DNA of 64,000 nt from an uncultured virus (IMG/VR IMGVR_UViG_2822368973_000001) (Duplodnaviria; Heunggongvirae; Uroviricota; Caudoviricetes), in IMG/VR virus record IMGVR_UViG_2822368973_000001, positions 1 to 64,000 of that record. The stretch is one strand, 5' to 3'. Below the pieces are notes generated by a model. It was given only the letters and a program-made list of their open reading frames with translations. It searched no databases and was not told where the DNA came from. Made by a program: the position numbers and the translations under genes. Each line of letters starts with the position of its first letter. The first letter of the stretch is position 1. Positions 29,299 to 39,397 of this stretch are shown here, in pieces.

Positions 29299-29366
29299 AC
29301 TAGAGGACACCAATTCATTAAAGCAGCCATTAAAGCTGTTTTAGGAATAGGTGTCCTTTTTATTTT
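29299..29366 (+). terminator. Long hairpin terminator upstream of arpU
   Basis: AGGACACC...GGTGTCCT then TTTTATTTT; analogous hairpin at about 598-660 in the remnant. Confidence 0.6.
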
Positions 29367-29574
29367 GAAAAGGGAGATGGGGAAATATGAAGACACTAAA
29401 AGACCCATTACGCGAGTGGAAAAAGCAATCCAAGAAAGGAAAGAAGAAAAACAAGAAAAAACAAAAAGAGAAATTAAGTACTCGTGAAATTGAGCATTTA
29501 ATGGGGATGCATAGACCTTGTTATGAGCGTAGACGTGGAGCATTAAGACAAAAGTAATTTAAAAATAAAAAGGA

Positions 29575-30048
29575 GTGGTCTTACATGNNCCAAAAATTGA
29601 TAGAACAGCAACACAGGAGGAATTAGAAGGTGTGTTGGAAAGCGTACGTATACATAGACAATTTGGGGTGATGCGTAAAGAAATGAAAGTCACTCCTTCT
29701 TATGAAATACGTGAACACGGTCCTACACATACAGTTGGAAAACCATTAGAAGATGTTGCTATAGCAAATATTCAACAAAGCAAGCGAGAAGAGCGGCTTG
29801 AGAAAATGTCATTACGTATTGATCAGTTTCTAAATCGATTAGGGAACGGACGTGCAGGAAGCATTCAAAGAGATATTATTTATAAACGTTATTTAGAAGA
29901 AGAGGACGTATGTGATTACATGGTTTATAACGAAATAGGGATGTCAGAGCGTACTTATCGACGTTGGAAGTCTAAAGCATTTTATAAGCTCGCTTTTGCA
30001 CTTGGATTAGAAGTTTACGAGGCAGAAGAGACTGGAGGTAATGAATAA
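29575..30048 (+). CDS. arpU: ArpU-family late transcriptional regulator (start uncertain, Ns at 29588-29589)
   Basis: IYKRYL...VYNEIGMSERTYRRWKSKAFYKLAFAL. Confidence 0.85.
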   Translation: MVLHXPKIDRTATQEELEGVLESVRIHRQFGVMRKEMKVTPSYEIREHGPTHTVGKPLEDVAIANIQQSKREERLEKMSLRIDQFLNRLGNGRAGSIQRDIIYKRYLEEEDVCDYMVYNEIGMSERTYRRWKSKAFYKLAFALGLEVYEAEETGGNE

Positions 30049-30590
30049 TGAATTTTGTTCAGCCAATACGTGATCCAGAAGAAATACAGCAGCTGAAAGA
30101 GTATTTTAAGGAAAAGAGCTTACGTAATTACATCCTCTTCATTATGGGCATTAATACAGGCCTTAGAATCTCAGATATTTTGAAATTAAAGGTAGGAGAT
30201 GTCAAAAGCAGTCATATATCTATGCGGGAAAAGAAAACAGGGAAACAGAAACGAATACAAATTACTGCAGCGTTGAAAAGAGAACTTAAGTGGTTCATTG
30301 AAGAGCGAGAAGATAATGAGTACCTATTACAAAGTAGACAAGGTAAGAATCGCCCGATTGGTCGTAGCATGGCATATAAGATATTAAGCGGAGCAGCGGC
30401 AGAGTTTGGATTAGATGAAATAGGAACACATACACTGAGAAAGACGTACGGGTATCATATGTACATGCAAACAAAAAACATAGCATTACTCATGGAGATA
30501 TTCAATCACTCCTCAGAGAAGGTCACGTTACGTTATATAGGTGTAAATCAAGATGCAATGGATAAGGCAATGACAAGGTTTAAAATCTAA
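30048..30590 (+). CDS. Small tyrosine recombinase (catalytic domain only)
   Basis: NTGLRISDIL, GTHTLRKTYGY, FNHSS...TLRYIG. Confidence 0.92.
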   Translation: MNFVQPIRDPEEIQQLKEYFKEKSLRNYILFIMGINTGLRISDILKLKVGDVKSSHISMREKKTGKQKRIQITAALKRELKWFIEEREDNEYLLQSRQGKNRPIGRSMAYKILSGAAAEFGLDEIGTHTLRKTYGYHMYMQTKNIALLMEIFNHSSEKVTLRYIGVNQDAMDKAMTRFKI

Positions 30591-30700
30591 TCATTGCTTA
30601 TTTCTTTTTAAATCTAGGGTATTGCAGCATTTTGGAAAAAATAAAAAAGACTCGACCGTTTTTTGGTCAAGTCCTGTATTAAATTACAAACTATTTCCCT

Positions 30701-31840
30701 TTAAGCACCAGGAATATTTGGAACTAAATTCTGAACGATTTTGATAAGATTATTTGTGATATCTTGTTGTTGAGATGTAAGTGTATCGGATCCATCAGTA
30801 AATACTGTAACGCAGATTGGACAAGCTTCGATATGAATCCCCAATAGATTAATAGCTAGACCACCTGGTATATCCACAGTAAGAATCGATGTGGAACCTT
30901 CAGGAGGAGTACAAGTCTGACAGTTAGTTTCAAGAGCCATAGAGTCACCTTCTTTCTTGATAGAGTTATTATATAAATATGTTCGAAGATACTCAAAGGA
31001 CAAAGGTATTTGTACAAGCTTCGAAAATTGTGTTAGTGACTCAGATTTACCCCCAATGAACTCAAATCCTTCAGAAGATGTTACAATTATTGGATTAGTA
31101 TCGGTATCGTGTACAATGAAAATTCCACCAAGCTTGGTGAATTCATCAATGATTCCTCCTGGTTGCATTAATTCCATGACGTCCAGATCAGTAATATTCC
31201 CTTGAATTCCGATCCAAACACACCAGTAATCCGCTGCCAGTTGTTTACCTGTAGTGTATTGATCTTTGATAATTGATGGAGATATCTGCACAACAGTATA
31301 TTGAGTGAGTGACCAAAGTTGTTTGGCGAAGTCATAGGAAGCAACATCATTCTCAAGCAGTAAGACGCCCTTACCAAAAATGAAAGTGCTACTAGGACAA
31401 TTCATACTGGTTGTCTCAGTAGTAGAAACTGTTTTATTTATATCCAACGTATAATCATTGGATCCCTTTAAATTTGTCATTTGAACCACTGGTTCAGTAA
31501 CGGTGAGACAACTATCCGAACTCATGATTCCGTCTAATCTTGCAAAAATTTGAGCTTCCCCAGTATTAATTGCTGTAGTCAAACCTTTTGTTTCTTCCTC
31601 ATTTGAAACTATTGCACTTGAAAGATTGCTAGAGTACCACTCTACAAGTTTTGTAATGTCCCTAGTTGATTTGTCAGAATACGTACCTGTCGCAGTAAAC
31701 TGATGGCTCAAACTTGAACAAAGAGATAAAGTCTTAGGATCTATCTTGATGGAAACCAAGACAGATATTCTTTTTTCGTAACATTCTTTCTCTTTTGGGA
31801 TAAACAGAATAGGAGGGTTAAATTGATTGGAAGTGTTCAT
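30701..31840 (-). CDS. Ig-like (Big_2) domain protein, possibly fused to a downstream small ORF
   Basis: FTATGTYSD..RDIT..VEWYSSN Ig motif; internal RBS and ATG at 30940. Confidence 0.65.
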   Translation of the reverse strand: MNTSNQFNPPILFIPKEKECYEKRISVLVSIKIDPKTLSLCSSLSHQFTATGTYSDKSTRDITKLVEWYSSNLSSAIVSNEEETKGLTTAINTGEAQIFARLDGIMSSDSCLTVTEPVVQMTNLKGSNDYTLDINKTVSTTETTSMNCPSSTFIFGKGVLLLENDVASYDFAKQLWSLTQYTVVQISPSIIKDQYTTGKQLAADYWCVWIGIQGNITDLDVMELMQPGGIIDEFTKLGGIFIVHDTDTNPIIVTSSEGFEFIGGKSESLTQFSKLVQIPLSFEYLRTYLYNNSIKKEGDSMALETNCQTCTPPEGSTSILTVDIPGGLAINLLGIHIEACPICVTVFTDGSDTLTSQQQDITNNLIKIVQNLVPNIPGA

Positions 31841-31957
31841 TTGTGTTAGCCTCACTTTCTTTATCAATACATTTAATCAATATATGTTACATACAGAACT
31901 CGGTTTGGACTTGACCGCTCCCCTGATTATTTAGTTCATTTTAATCTGAAACTATTC

Positions 31958-32005
31958 ACTTCCAGCAACGATAATTATGTAAATAAGCTGTCCAAATGGG
32001 CAGCT
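31958..32005 (+). other. dif-like site plus terminator hairpin
   Basis: ACTTCCAGCAA-CGATAA-TTATGTAAATA then AGCTGTCCAAATGGGCAGCT. Confidence 0.68.
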
Positions 32006-32066
32006 TATTTTATTTTTCCTCATAGCGTAGGTTATTTTGCAAAATACTGGTGGTATCCCTATACAG

Positions 32067-32176
32067 TTACTCATAATTTTCGTACTGTGTAACTCAAAAG
32101 AGAAAGTGAAATGAAATCAATGGTACCAAGGGATTCAGCAAAAGGGGCAGTTACACACAATATAAGATATGGGTAA
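32067..32176. other. Putative recombinase target (res-like) site, copy 2
   Basis: TTACTCATA-N9-CTGTGTAA and inverted TTACACAC-N9-TATGGGTAA. Confidence 0.5.
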
Positions 32177-32392
32177 GTGAAGAAAAGGCATAAAAAAAGG
32201 AGCGTAGTTCGTCAAATAGATGTAATGCTCTATTACTATTAAGTTAAGAAATTCATTGTTTCCGATTAATAGCATCTGTTTATTGTGATTCTTATTGATT
32301 TTACAAAATAAAAAATCGCCTTATTAAAGGCGATTCATTTTTTATTCTTTTGATAAATAAATATCTTTTAAAATTAAATGCAATGTTCTAAA

Positions 32393-32698
32393 TTAACGTG
32401 TTTCTGGATCTTTGTCTTTTTTTCTAAGACCAAATAATCCTAGTAGTCCCAATAAACCAAGCCAAGTCCAATTATTATTTTTATCACGATTATCATTTAA
32501 ATCATTTGTCGTATTTACATTTCGAGTTCTCACATCATTATTAACTCTATTCATGTTATAGTCATTAACTCGAGTTGTAGTATTATTATTGTTAACTCTA
32601 TTCGTATTATATCCATCGTATTCAGCATGGACGCTTGTACCAAAAACCGTAATAGTTAGTAATAGGGCACCTAAAATAGATGAAAGTTTTTTCTTCAT
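32393..32698 (-). CDS. WGxxGxxG-CTERM-like secreted/membrane protein
   Basis: Signal peptide, Asn-rich repeats, WTWLGLLGLLGLFGLRKK. Confidence 0.8.
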   Translation of the reverse strand: MKKKLSSILGALLLTITVFGTSVHAEYDGYNTNRVNNNNTTTRVNDYNMNRVNNDVRTRNVNTTNDLNDNRDKNNNWTWLGLLGLLGLFGLRKKDKDPETR

Positions 32699-33044
32699 GG
32701 TTTTCCCTCCTTTCGTATTTAGTAATGTCTCCAGTTCCTTTAGACAATATTCGGTTGAAAATATATAAAACCATTTGAGTTCAAATTATGATAAATATCT
32801 TTAATTTTTATTATTAAAAGTACTTAATAATAATGGATTAAGTTAATTGAAATGTATTTATTCTTTATAAGCATAAATTTTTGGTAACGGTACATTCTAT
32901 GAGAGGTAATTACTATATTTGGGTAAGGTGTTCCATATGAGTTATAAGAACTTATTTTCTTTAATCAAGAACATGATTGGGAAAATTTTTTCTATAGTAA
33001 GTATTGTTGCTAAAAGTCTAATTTCTTTAAGGAGGAATATTTTT

Positions 33045-33560
33045 ATGGGTATTTTAAGTGGAAATCCACAAAATGAACCAATGCACTACGGAGAAGTCTT
33101 TGGGATTTGGAGTTATCTTGCAGCGGCACAAGGCGCGATTGCTGGATATCAAGTTCTTATTAACCATACAGGGGACGAGGATTTAAAGAAATTTTTAGAG
33201 AACCTTGTAGAGAATGATATCCAATCAGAAGTTGAAGAATTAAAAAATATCTTGAAATTGAATGGTGTTGCATTACCACCAGCACCTCCAGAAAGACCAG
33301 TCGCATCTATTGAAACGATTCCTCCTGGTGCTCGTATTAATGATGCAGAAATTGCAGCTAAAGTTTCTATGGATCTTGCTGCTGGCTTAGTAGCATGTAG
33401 TCAAGCTATGGGACAATCTCTTCGAGAAGATGTTGGAATGATGTTTGGTCAATTTCATATGAAAAAAGCACAAGCTGGAGCTATATTACTTCGTCTGAAT
33501 AAGAAAAAAGGTTGGATTATTCCGCCTCCATTACATGTTCTACAATCCGATCAAGCATAG
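33045..33560 (+). CDS. DUF3231-family protein
   Basis: MGILSGNPQNEPMHYGEVFG; RBS AAGGAGG; sigmaG-like GCATA-17-CATTCTA at 32871-32899. Confidence 0.8.
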   Translation: MGILSGNPQNEPMHYGEVFGIWSYLAAAQGAIAGYQVLINHTGDEDLKKFLENLVENDIQSEVEELKNILKLNGVALPPAPPERPVASIETIPPGARINDAEIAAKVSMDLAAGLVACSQAMGQSLREDVGMMFGQFHMKKAQAGAILLRLNKKKGWIIPPPLHVLQSDQA

Positions 33561-33645
33561 TTATTGAAAGAAAGTTCAATTTATTCAGTGTAGCTGTTGC
33601 AGTGAGGTAATCTAGGAAAATAAAGGTTATTAGCGAATTAAAATA

Positions 33646-34000
33646 AATGGCAGAATCGTGACCGTTATTTGGCAGTAAGTGTGCCGGTTGTTTTGGAATT
33701 AGCATGTTATATTTGTATTGTGAGAGGTGGCGGAAAACACTACTCACTATGTTTTTTCTAAAATTCTAAACGGTTCGTAATGACGGCGCATAAAATCCGA
33801 AACCAGCAGATGGTAGTGATTGAATGATACCGTTATTAAGGAGAGCTTTTGCTCTTCTTTCAGTTACTTAATAATGCATAAAAAGATTGTTGCAGCAACA
33901 TTAGGTGATTGGAAGAAGGGTAAAACTTCATTTACCGTAATTAAAGTACAAATAAATAATTGATATCAGAGCATCCATTCAGGTTCTTTTTATTTTGGAG
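33646..34000 (+). promoter_or_regulatory. Late promoter (probable ArpU direct repeats) and conserved structured leader
   Basis: TGGCAGAATCGTGACCG...TGGCAGTAAGTGTGCCG repeats, TGTTATATT extended -10; conserved at 4568-4935. Confidence 0.6.
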
Positions 34001-34199
34001 GAGATTGTACTTTGAAAATACCATTAAAGAAATGGTGCTTGAATAGAAGTTGTGGATTTGAAGAGGCTCTCATACGATACGTGATGGTTGTAAATGCCCT
34101 AAACGTTAATGGGTCAATGATGAATCAAATTGGTGCAAATGAAAGATAAGAAAAATAAAAAAAGAGGGCTGAATCCCTCTTTTTCTTTTGATATGCTAA

Positions 34200-34337
34200 T
34201 TAATCACAAATCGGTATTCCAAGCACTCTTAGAGCTAATGCTACTTGAAGAGAAATCTCTAATCTAGCAATCTCGATACCAGCTACTGTAAGAACTAAAA
34301 AAGGTTGGCCATTTACAAACACAACGCAACTTTCCAT
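34200..34337 (-). CDS. Small protein, 45 aa (DUF3956-like; not in ORF track)
   Basis: RBS GGGAGGCG; MESCVVFVNGQPFLV...LGIPICD. Confidence 0.7.
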   Translation of the reverse strand: MESCVVFVNGQPFLVLTVAGIEIARLEISLQVALALRVLGIPICD

Positions 34338-34694
34338 GGTTACGCCTCCCTTCTAGTAAACTACTACAGTATATGAGTTGAATATTAATATGTAATAGTT
34401 AAATTGATGGATTTAATAGAATTGATAGATTTACCTTGTTCTAACAAAACAAACTCAACACAAACCAAATATTGTAAAGGTGATTTAAAAACCATCTAAT
34501 GTAACACATCATATATTTTGTTACGTAAATTTCGATAAAAATAGAGATAGTTAACTAAGTGAAGTTTATACAAGGGAAAGCGGAGGTTTTAGGGGAATAA
34601 CAGCGTAAAATCAACGATGTATAAAACATGTTGTAAGTGGAAGTTCATGAAATTGCCACAAACGTTGATATGACGGCATATTTCCCGAAAGTCT

Positions 34695-34722
34695 TGTTTA
34701 CATAAGTAACCTTATCGGTAGT
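34695..34722 (-). other. dif-like site
   Basis: Minus strand ACTACCGATAA-GGTTAC-TTATGTAAACA. Confidence 0.65.
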
Positions 34723-34807
34723 GAATTTGAATATCTATTCATTTCCCGTGCATACAACAAATTTCGTTATGGATTTTTAAAAATATGATTCTTTTGAGGT
34801 GGTGTAA

Positions 34808-34984
34808 ATGGAAGGAAATATAAAAGTTCCTACATGTTCTGTTTGTAATGAACCCTGCATGTGGACATTAAAAATGCCATTAACTATTACTCATTTTGAT
34901 AAAACATATATCCGCGAAGCAAATACGGATAATGCTTATATATGCATTGAGTGTTTAGAGACGGAAGTACAAACAATTGGATAA
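34808..34984 (+). CDS. Small Zn-finger protein, 58 aa (not in ORF track)
   Basis: RBS GAGGTGG; CSVC...CIEC. Confidence 0.7.
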   Translation: MEGNIKVPTCSVCNEPCMWTLKMPLTITHFDKTYIREANTDNAYICIECLETEVQTIG

Positions 34985-35005
34985 GGGGGCAGGTGTTATG
35001 TAATT

Positions 35006-35833
35006 ATGGCCAGACAACGAAGTCCAGACCGCAACAAAGCGTATGAAATATTTAAAGAACATAACGGTGATATTACGAATCGAAAAATTGCTGAATTGTT
35101 GTCTACATCCGAAAAAACTGTAAGCGAAAAAACGGTTGGAGGATGGAAATCCAAAGATGAATGGATAGACAAATTAAATGGAGTACTCCATAAAAATGAA
35201 CGGAGTACTCCAAAGAAAGATACGGAGTACTCCAAAAAGAAACCAGGAGCACCCAAAGGTAATAGGAATGCTGTAAACAATCGTGGTGGAGCTAAAAAGG
35301 GCAATAAAAATGCTATCGGTAATCCCGGAGGTTCTGCTCCACTACGTAATGGTAATGCTGCTACTCATGGTTTATATAGAAAGTATTTACCAAAAGAATT
35401 ATATGATTTGAAAGAAGAGCTAGAGGAAGCGATTAACAATGATCCTTTATCGATTCTATGGGAAGGTATAATGTTGCAGCACGCTCAAATCATTCATGCT
35501 CAACGTATTATGTTCGTTAATAATAAAGAGGACATGACAAAGGAACTAAGAAAGAAAAAACTTAGTGAAAGCGGATTTGAAGAAGAGTGGGAAATTCAAT
35601 TTGCTTGGGATAAACAAGCGAGTTTCTTAAATGCTCAATCTAAGGCCCTTTCTACTTTGTCTGCTCTTATTAGAGATTTTGACAGATTAGCAAATATAGA
35701 TGATGAGCGACGTGCCAAACTTGAATTTATCCAGGTTCAAATCGACAAAATTAAATCTAATACTAATAATGATGATAACAATATTGATCCAGTTGTCATT
35801 GTAGATAATGTCAGTGGTGATTTAAATGTCTAA
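35006..35833 (+). CDS. terS: Terminase small subunit
   Basis: N-terminal HTH, GAPKGNRNA repeats, position before terL. Confidence 0.88.
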   Translation: MARQRSPDRNKAYEIFKEHNGDITNRKIAELLSTSEKTVSEKTVGGWKSKDEWIDKLNGVLHKNERSTPKKDTEYSKKKPGAPKGNRNAVNNRGGAKKGNKNAIGNPGGSAPLRNGNAATHGLYRKYLPKELYDLKEELEEAINNDPLSILWEGIMLQHAQIIHAQRIMFVNNKEDMTKELRKKKLSESGFEEEWEIQFAWDKQASFLNAQSKALSTLSALIRDFDRLANIDDERRAKLEFIQVQIDKIKSNTNNDDNNIDPVVIVDNVSGDLNV

Positions 35834-37103
35834 AAAGCAAATCGGTGAAATACTGCCACCGGCATTTCATCAAGTTTGGTTAGCTCGTAAATGTGAATCG
35901 ATATTAAAAATCGTTTGTAAAGGCGGGCGTGGTTCGGGTAAATCTACTGATATATCCATTTGTATTGTTATGGATCTTATTCAGTTTCCTATTACAGTGC
36001 TTTGCATACGTAAAGTAAAGGATACAATAAGGGAATCTTGCTATGAGCAAATAAAAGAAGCTATAGAAATACTAGGTGTAGAGCATTTATTTCGTTTTAA
36101 AGAAAGTCCAATGGAAATCATTTATAAGCCGCGTGGAAACAAAATGATATTCCGTGGCGCTGATGACCCTGCAAAAATCAAATCTATTAAGATAGCAAAA
36201 TATCCAGTTGCTATTGCATGGTTTGAAGAATTGGCCGAATTTAAATTAGAAGAAGATGTTTCTACAATAGAAAAATCTATTTTGCGTAAAGAATTACCGA
36301 ATGGATTGCGATATAAAATGTATTACTCATACAACCCACCGAAGAGAAAACAATCCTGGGTTAATAAGAAGTTTGAAACGCAATTCAGACCAAAGAATAC
36401 ATTTGTACATCATAGTACATACCATGATAACCCGCATATTTCTAAGCAGTTTGTAGAAGAAGCAGAAGAAACGAAAAGGCTGAAACCGCAGCAATACGAA
36501 CATGAATATGAAGGGAAACCGACAGGCAGTGGTGTTGTTCCATTTAGTAACCTTAAATTCAGACGTATTACAGATAAAGAAATTAAAACATTTGATAATA
36601 TACGTCAAGGAATTGACTGGGGTTATGGGAATGACGCGCTGTCTTTTGGTCGTATGCATTATGACAAAACACGCAGGAAGCTTTATATATTTGGTGAAAT
36701 ACATGGTGTTAAAATCAGTAATCGTTCATTAGCTGAAAAGATAAAGAAACTCGGCTGGGATGATGTTGAAATAATTGCGGATTCTTCTGAACCAAAATCA
36801 ATCGATGAAATGAAAAACGATCATGATATTAAGAAAATCAAGGGTGCAATTAAAGGGCCTGGTTCTGTTGAATACGGAGAAAAATGGTTAGATGATTTAG
36901 TAGAAATCATAATTGATCCTGAGCGTTGCCCAAAAACTGCAGGTGAATTTGAAAATATTGATTATGAAGTTGATAAAGATGGTAATCCGAAAAACAGATT
37001 ACAAGATAAGGACAATCATAGTATCGATATGACTCGTTATGCATGTGAGGACGATATGAGTAAACGTAAAGTAGTTATGGGTGGAAAGGTTAAAAGAATG
37101 TAG
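35826..37103 (+). CDS. terL: Terminase large subunit, PBSX family
   Basis: GGRGSGKS Walker A, WFEE Walker B, GIDWG, DNHSIDMTRYA. Confidence 0.95.
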   Translation: MSKKQIGEILPPAFHQVWLARKCESILKIVCKGGRGSGKSTDISICIVMDLIQFPITVLCIRKVKDTIRESCYEQIKEAIEILGVEHLFRFKESPMEIIYKPRGNKMIFRGADDPAKIKSIKIAKYPVAIAWFEELAEFKLEEDVSTIEKSILRKELPNGLRYKMYYSYNPPKRKQSWVNKKFETQFRPKNTFVHHSTYHDNPHISKQFVEEAEETKRLKPQQYEHEYEGKPTGSGVVPFSNLKFRRITDKEIKTFDNIRQGIDWGYGNDALSFGRMHYDKTRRKLYIFGEIHGVKISNRSLAEKIKKLGWDDVEIIADSSEPKSIDEMKNDHDIKKIKGAIKGPGSVEYGEKWLDDLVEIIIDPERCPKTAGEFENIDYEVDKDGNPKNRLQDKDNHSIDMTRYACEDDMSKRKVVMGGKVKRM

Positions 37104-37170
37104 TCGAGCATTTATTGTTCGGCTATTTATTTTGCTCTATTAATAGAAGAAAGGAGGACATACAAAGGAT

Positions 37171-38652
37171 ATGAGCGACAAGAAAACCATAAATAATGTA
37201 AAAGTAATTAGCGTTAATAAAGCTGCAGATGATCCAAAAAATAAGGAAGATAACAGCAAACAAATGGCAGTTGACCCATTCGCACAAATATATGGAGATA
37301 AGGGATTGGTTAAGCCCCCTTATGATATGAAGGTACTGATGGATATAAAGGAAAGTAACCCTATTCATTCTGCTTGTATTAGTGCCAAAGTGGATGATAT
37401 TGCAGGTGTCGGTTTTGACTTCGCACCTTTTGAAGAAGTGAAAGAAGCAGCGAGCCAGGAGCAATATGAGATGCTAAAAAATTTCATGCGGAAGTGCAAC
37501 CCAGAAATGACAAGTTCAGAAATTCTTAGAGCTGTATGGGAGGATTATGAAACAGTTGGCTGGGGCATTATTGAAGTTGTTCGTGATAATAAAGGTGAAA
37601 GTCCGGTAGAGCTTTATCATATACCAGGACATACAGTACGTGCTCATAAGGACAAAATACGCTTTGCTCAAATTGTAAACAATAAAGAAATCTGGTTTAA
37701 AAAGTTTAATTATCCAAATGATTATCATCTTGCTGATGGTAGGCCTTTAGGTGCAGATGATCTTGCAGGAAATGGAACAGAAAAAGCCGGAGAAGTAATT
37801 GTTATTCGTAAATTTGGTTCTCGTTCTTCTTATTATGGAATACCTAATTACGTTAGTTCTATAGGTTCAATAGTGGGTTCACAAGCAGCAAGAGATTACA
37901 ATATCGACTTTTTTACAGGTAAAACCATCCCGGATTCCATTTTATTTCTTGAGGGAGTCGATGAAGTAGATTCTGGAACAGAAAATGAACTGAAAGCATT
38001 CTTCTCTGCAGAAACAAAAGGAGAACATCATAAATTAGCCGTTGTACCTGTGCCAGATGGTGCGAAAGCAAGGTTAGAAAAGATTAGTCCAGATGTAAAA
38101 GAAGGTAGTTTCCGTTTATATAAACAGGATAGCGCAATGGAGATATGTGTGGCCCATCGTGTACCGCCTTATCGTATCGGCTGGGCTATGACAGGTTCAT
38201 TGGGGCAAACAACTGCTAAAGAAATGAACGAGATGTACAAGCGCTCTATTATAGAGCCTGGTCAAGAAATCCTAGAGCATCGATTGAACAATCAATTGTT
38301 CCGTGTATTCGCTGAAATACTAGGTAGTTTAGATTGGCATTTCAAATTAAATGAAATTGATACGGATGACCGTGAAGCGGATTTAAAGTATGCAAAAGAC
38401 AGTTATGAAGGTGGAATATTAAAACTGAATGAGTCCCGTAAGGTAGTAGGTTATGAACCTGTACCAGAAGGGGATAAATTCTTTGATGGTACAACTGAAT
38501 CTTCTCTACCGGAACCAATTGCAAAAGCTGCAGATAATGAGCAAGATAACTTAATTGCTATTAATACATTTAGGGAAAAGCATGAAGAAATAGAGAAAGC
38601 TATGCAAAAGAAGGTAGCTGATTTTTTTCTGAACAGGGAAAACGGCTCTTAA
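37171..38652 (+). CDS. Portal protein
   Basis: YYGIPNY, AHRVPPYRIG; position after terL. Confidence 0.9.
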   Translation: MSDKKTINNVKVISVNKAADDPKNKEDNSKQMAVDPFAQIYGDKGLVKPPYDMKVLMDIKESNPIHSACISAKVDDIAGVGFDFAPFEEVKEAASQEQYEMLKNFMRKCNPEMTSSEILRAVWEDYETVGWGIIEVVRDNKGESPVELYHIPGHTVRAHKDKIRFAQIVNNKEIWFKKFNYPNDYHLADGRPLGADDLAGNGTEKAGEVIVIRKFGSRSSYYGIPNYVSSIGSIVGSQAARDYNIDFFTGKTIPDSILFLEGVDEVDSGTENELKAFFSAETKGEHHKLAVVPVPDGAKARLEKISPDVKEGSFRLYKQDSAMEICVAHRVPPYRIGWAMTGSLGQTTAKEMNEMYKRSIIEPGQEILEHRLNNQLFRVFAEILGSLDWHFKLNEIDTDDREADLKYAKDSYEGGILKLNESRKVVGYEPVPEGDKFFDGTTESSLPEPIAKAADNEQDNLIAINTFREKHEEIEKAMQKKVADFFLNRENGS

Positions 38653-39284
38653 ACCTGCTTCCCGTAATTCGTATTAATAAAGCAGATGAAGAATTTGTTC
38701 CTGTAATTAATGAAGCAGAAGTTGATGAATTTCTTGATAGTATTGATTGGGATGAGGAACGACAAATGTTTGTCGATGAAGTCACGGACACACTACAGGA
38801 TGATGTAACAGAGTTTGTACAGAGTACTATAGCTTCTAACGGTTTAACCTGGATGGTATTAGATCCAATTGGTGACGTTGCTGCAAAATGGGTAGCTACT
38901 TACGCTTTTGAATTAGCAAAGGGAATCCATGAAACCACTAAAGATAGATTAAGAGAAACAATGCTAAAGAATCTTAGTGAGGGAATGGGTGTCGATGCAT
39001 TAAGTGTTTCCATTGCAGATGTAATGTCAGAAGCGAGCAACTACAGAGCGATGATGATTGCACGTACAGAAACTACATATGCAATGAATTACGGCAATTT
39101 AATTGCTTATAAGGGCGCAAATAGAAACAAGAAAACATGGCTTACAGGAAACGATGAGCGTGTTTGTAAAGAATGTGGTGGTTTACATGGGGAAACGGTA
39201 GATATTGATGATCTATTTAGTAATGGAAAGATGTGCCCACCAGCTCATCCGCATTGCCGATGTACTATGATTTCAGAAGAGTAA
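38628..39284 (+). CDS. MuF/SPP1 gp7-like minor head domain, open in the -1 frame from the portal T7 run
   Basis: IARTET, DERVCKEC, PPAHPHCRC; frame open from 38628. Confidence 0.8.
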   Translation, partial: SEQGKRLLNLLPVIRINKADEEFVPVINEAEVDEFLDSIDWDEERQMFVDEVTDTLQDDVTEFVQSTIASNGLTWMVLDPIGDVAAKWVATYAFELAKGIHETTKDRLRETMLKNLSEGMGVDALSVSIADVMSEASNYRAMMIARTETTYAMNYGNLIAYKGANRNKKTWLTGNDERVCKECGGLHGETVDIDDLFSNGKMCPPAHPHCRCTMISEE

Positions 39285-39397
39285 TAAAATACACCTATTT
39301 AATTGGGGTTTCATCGTCAAAACGTATAAGGCTTTAAATTGGCTGCTATGCGTTTTGACAGTGGAACCCCAATATTTATAGGGAAGGAGGTAAAACG

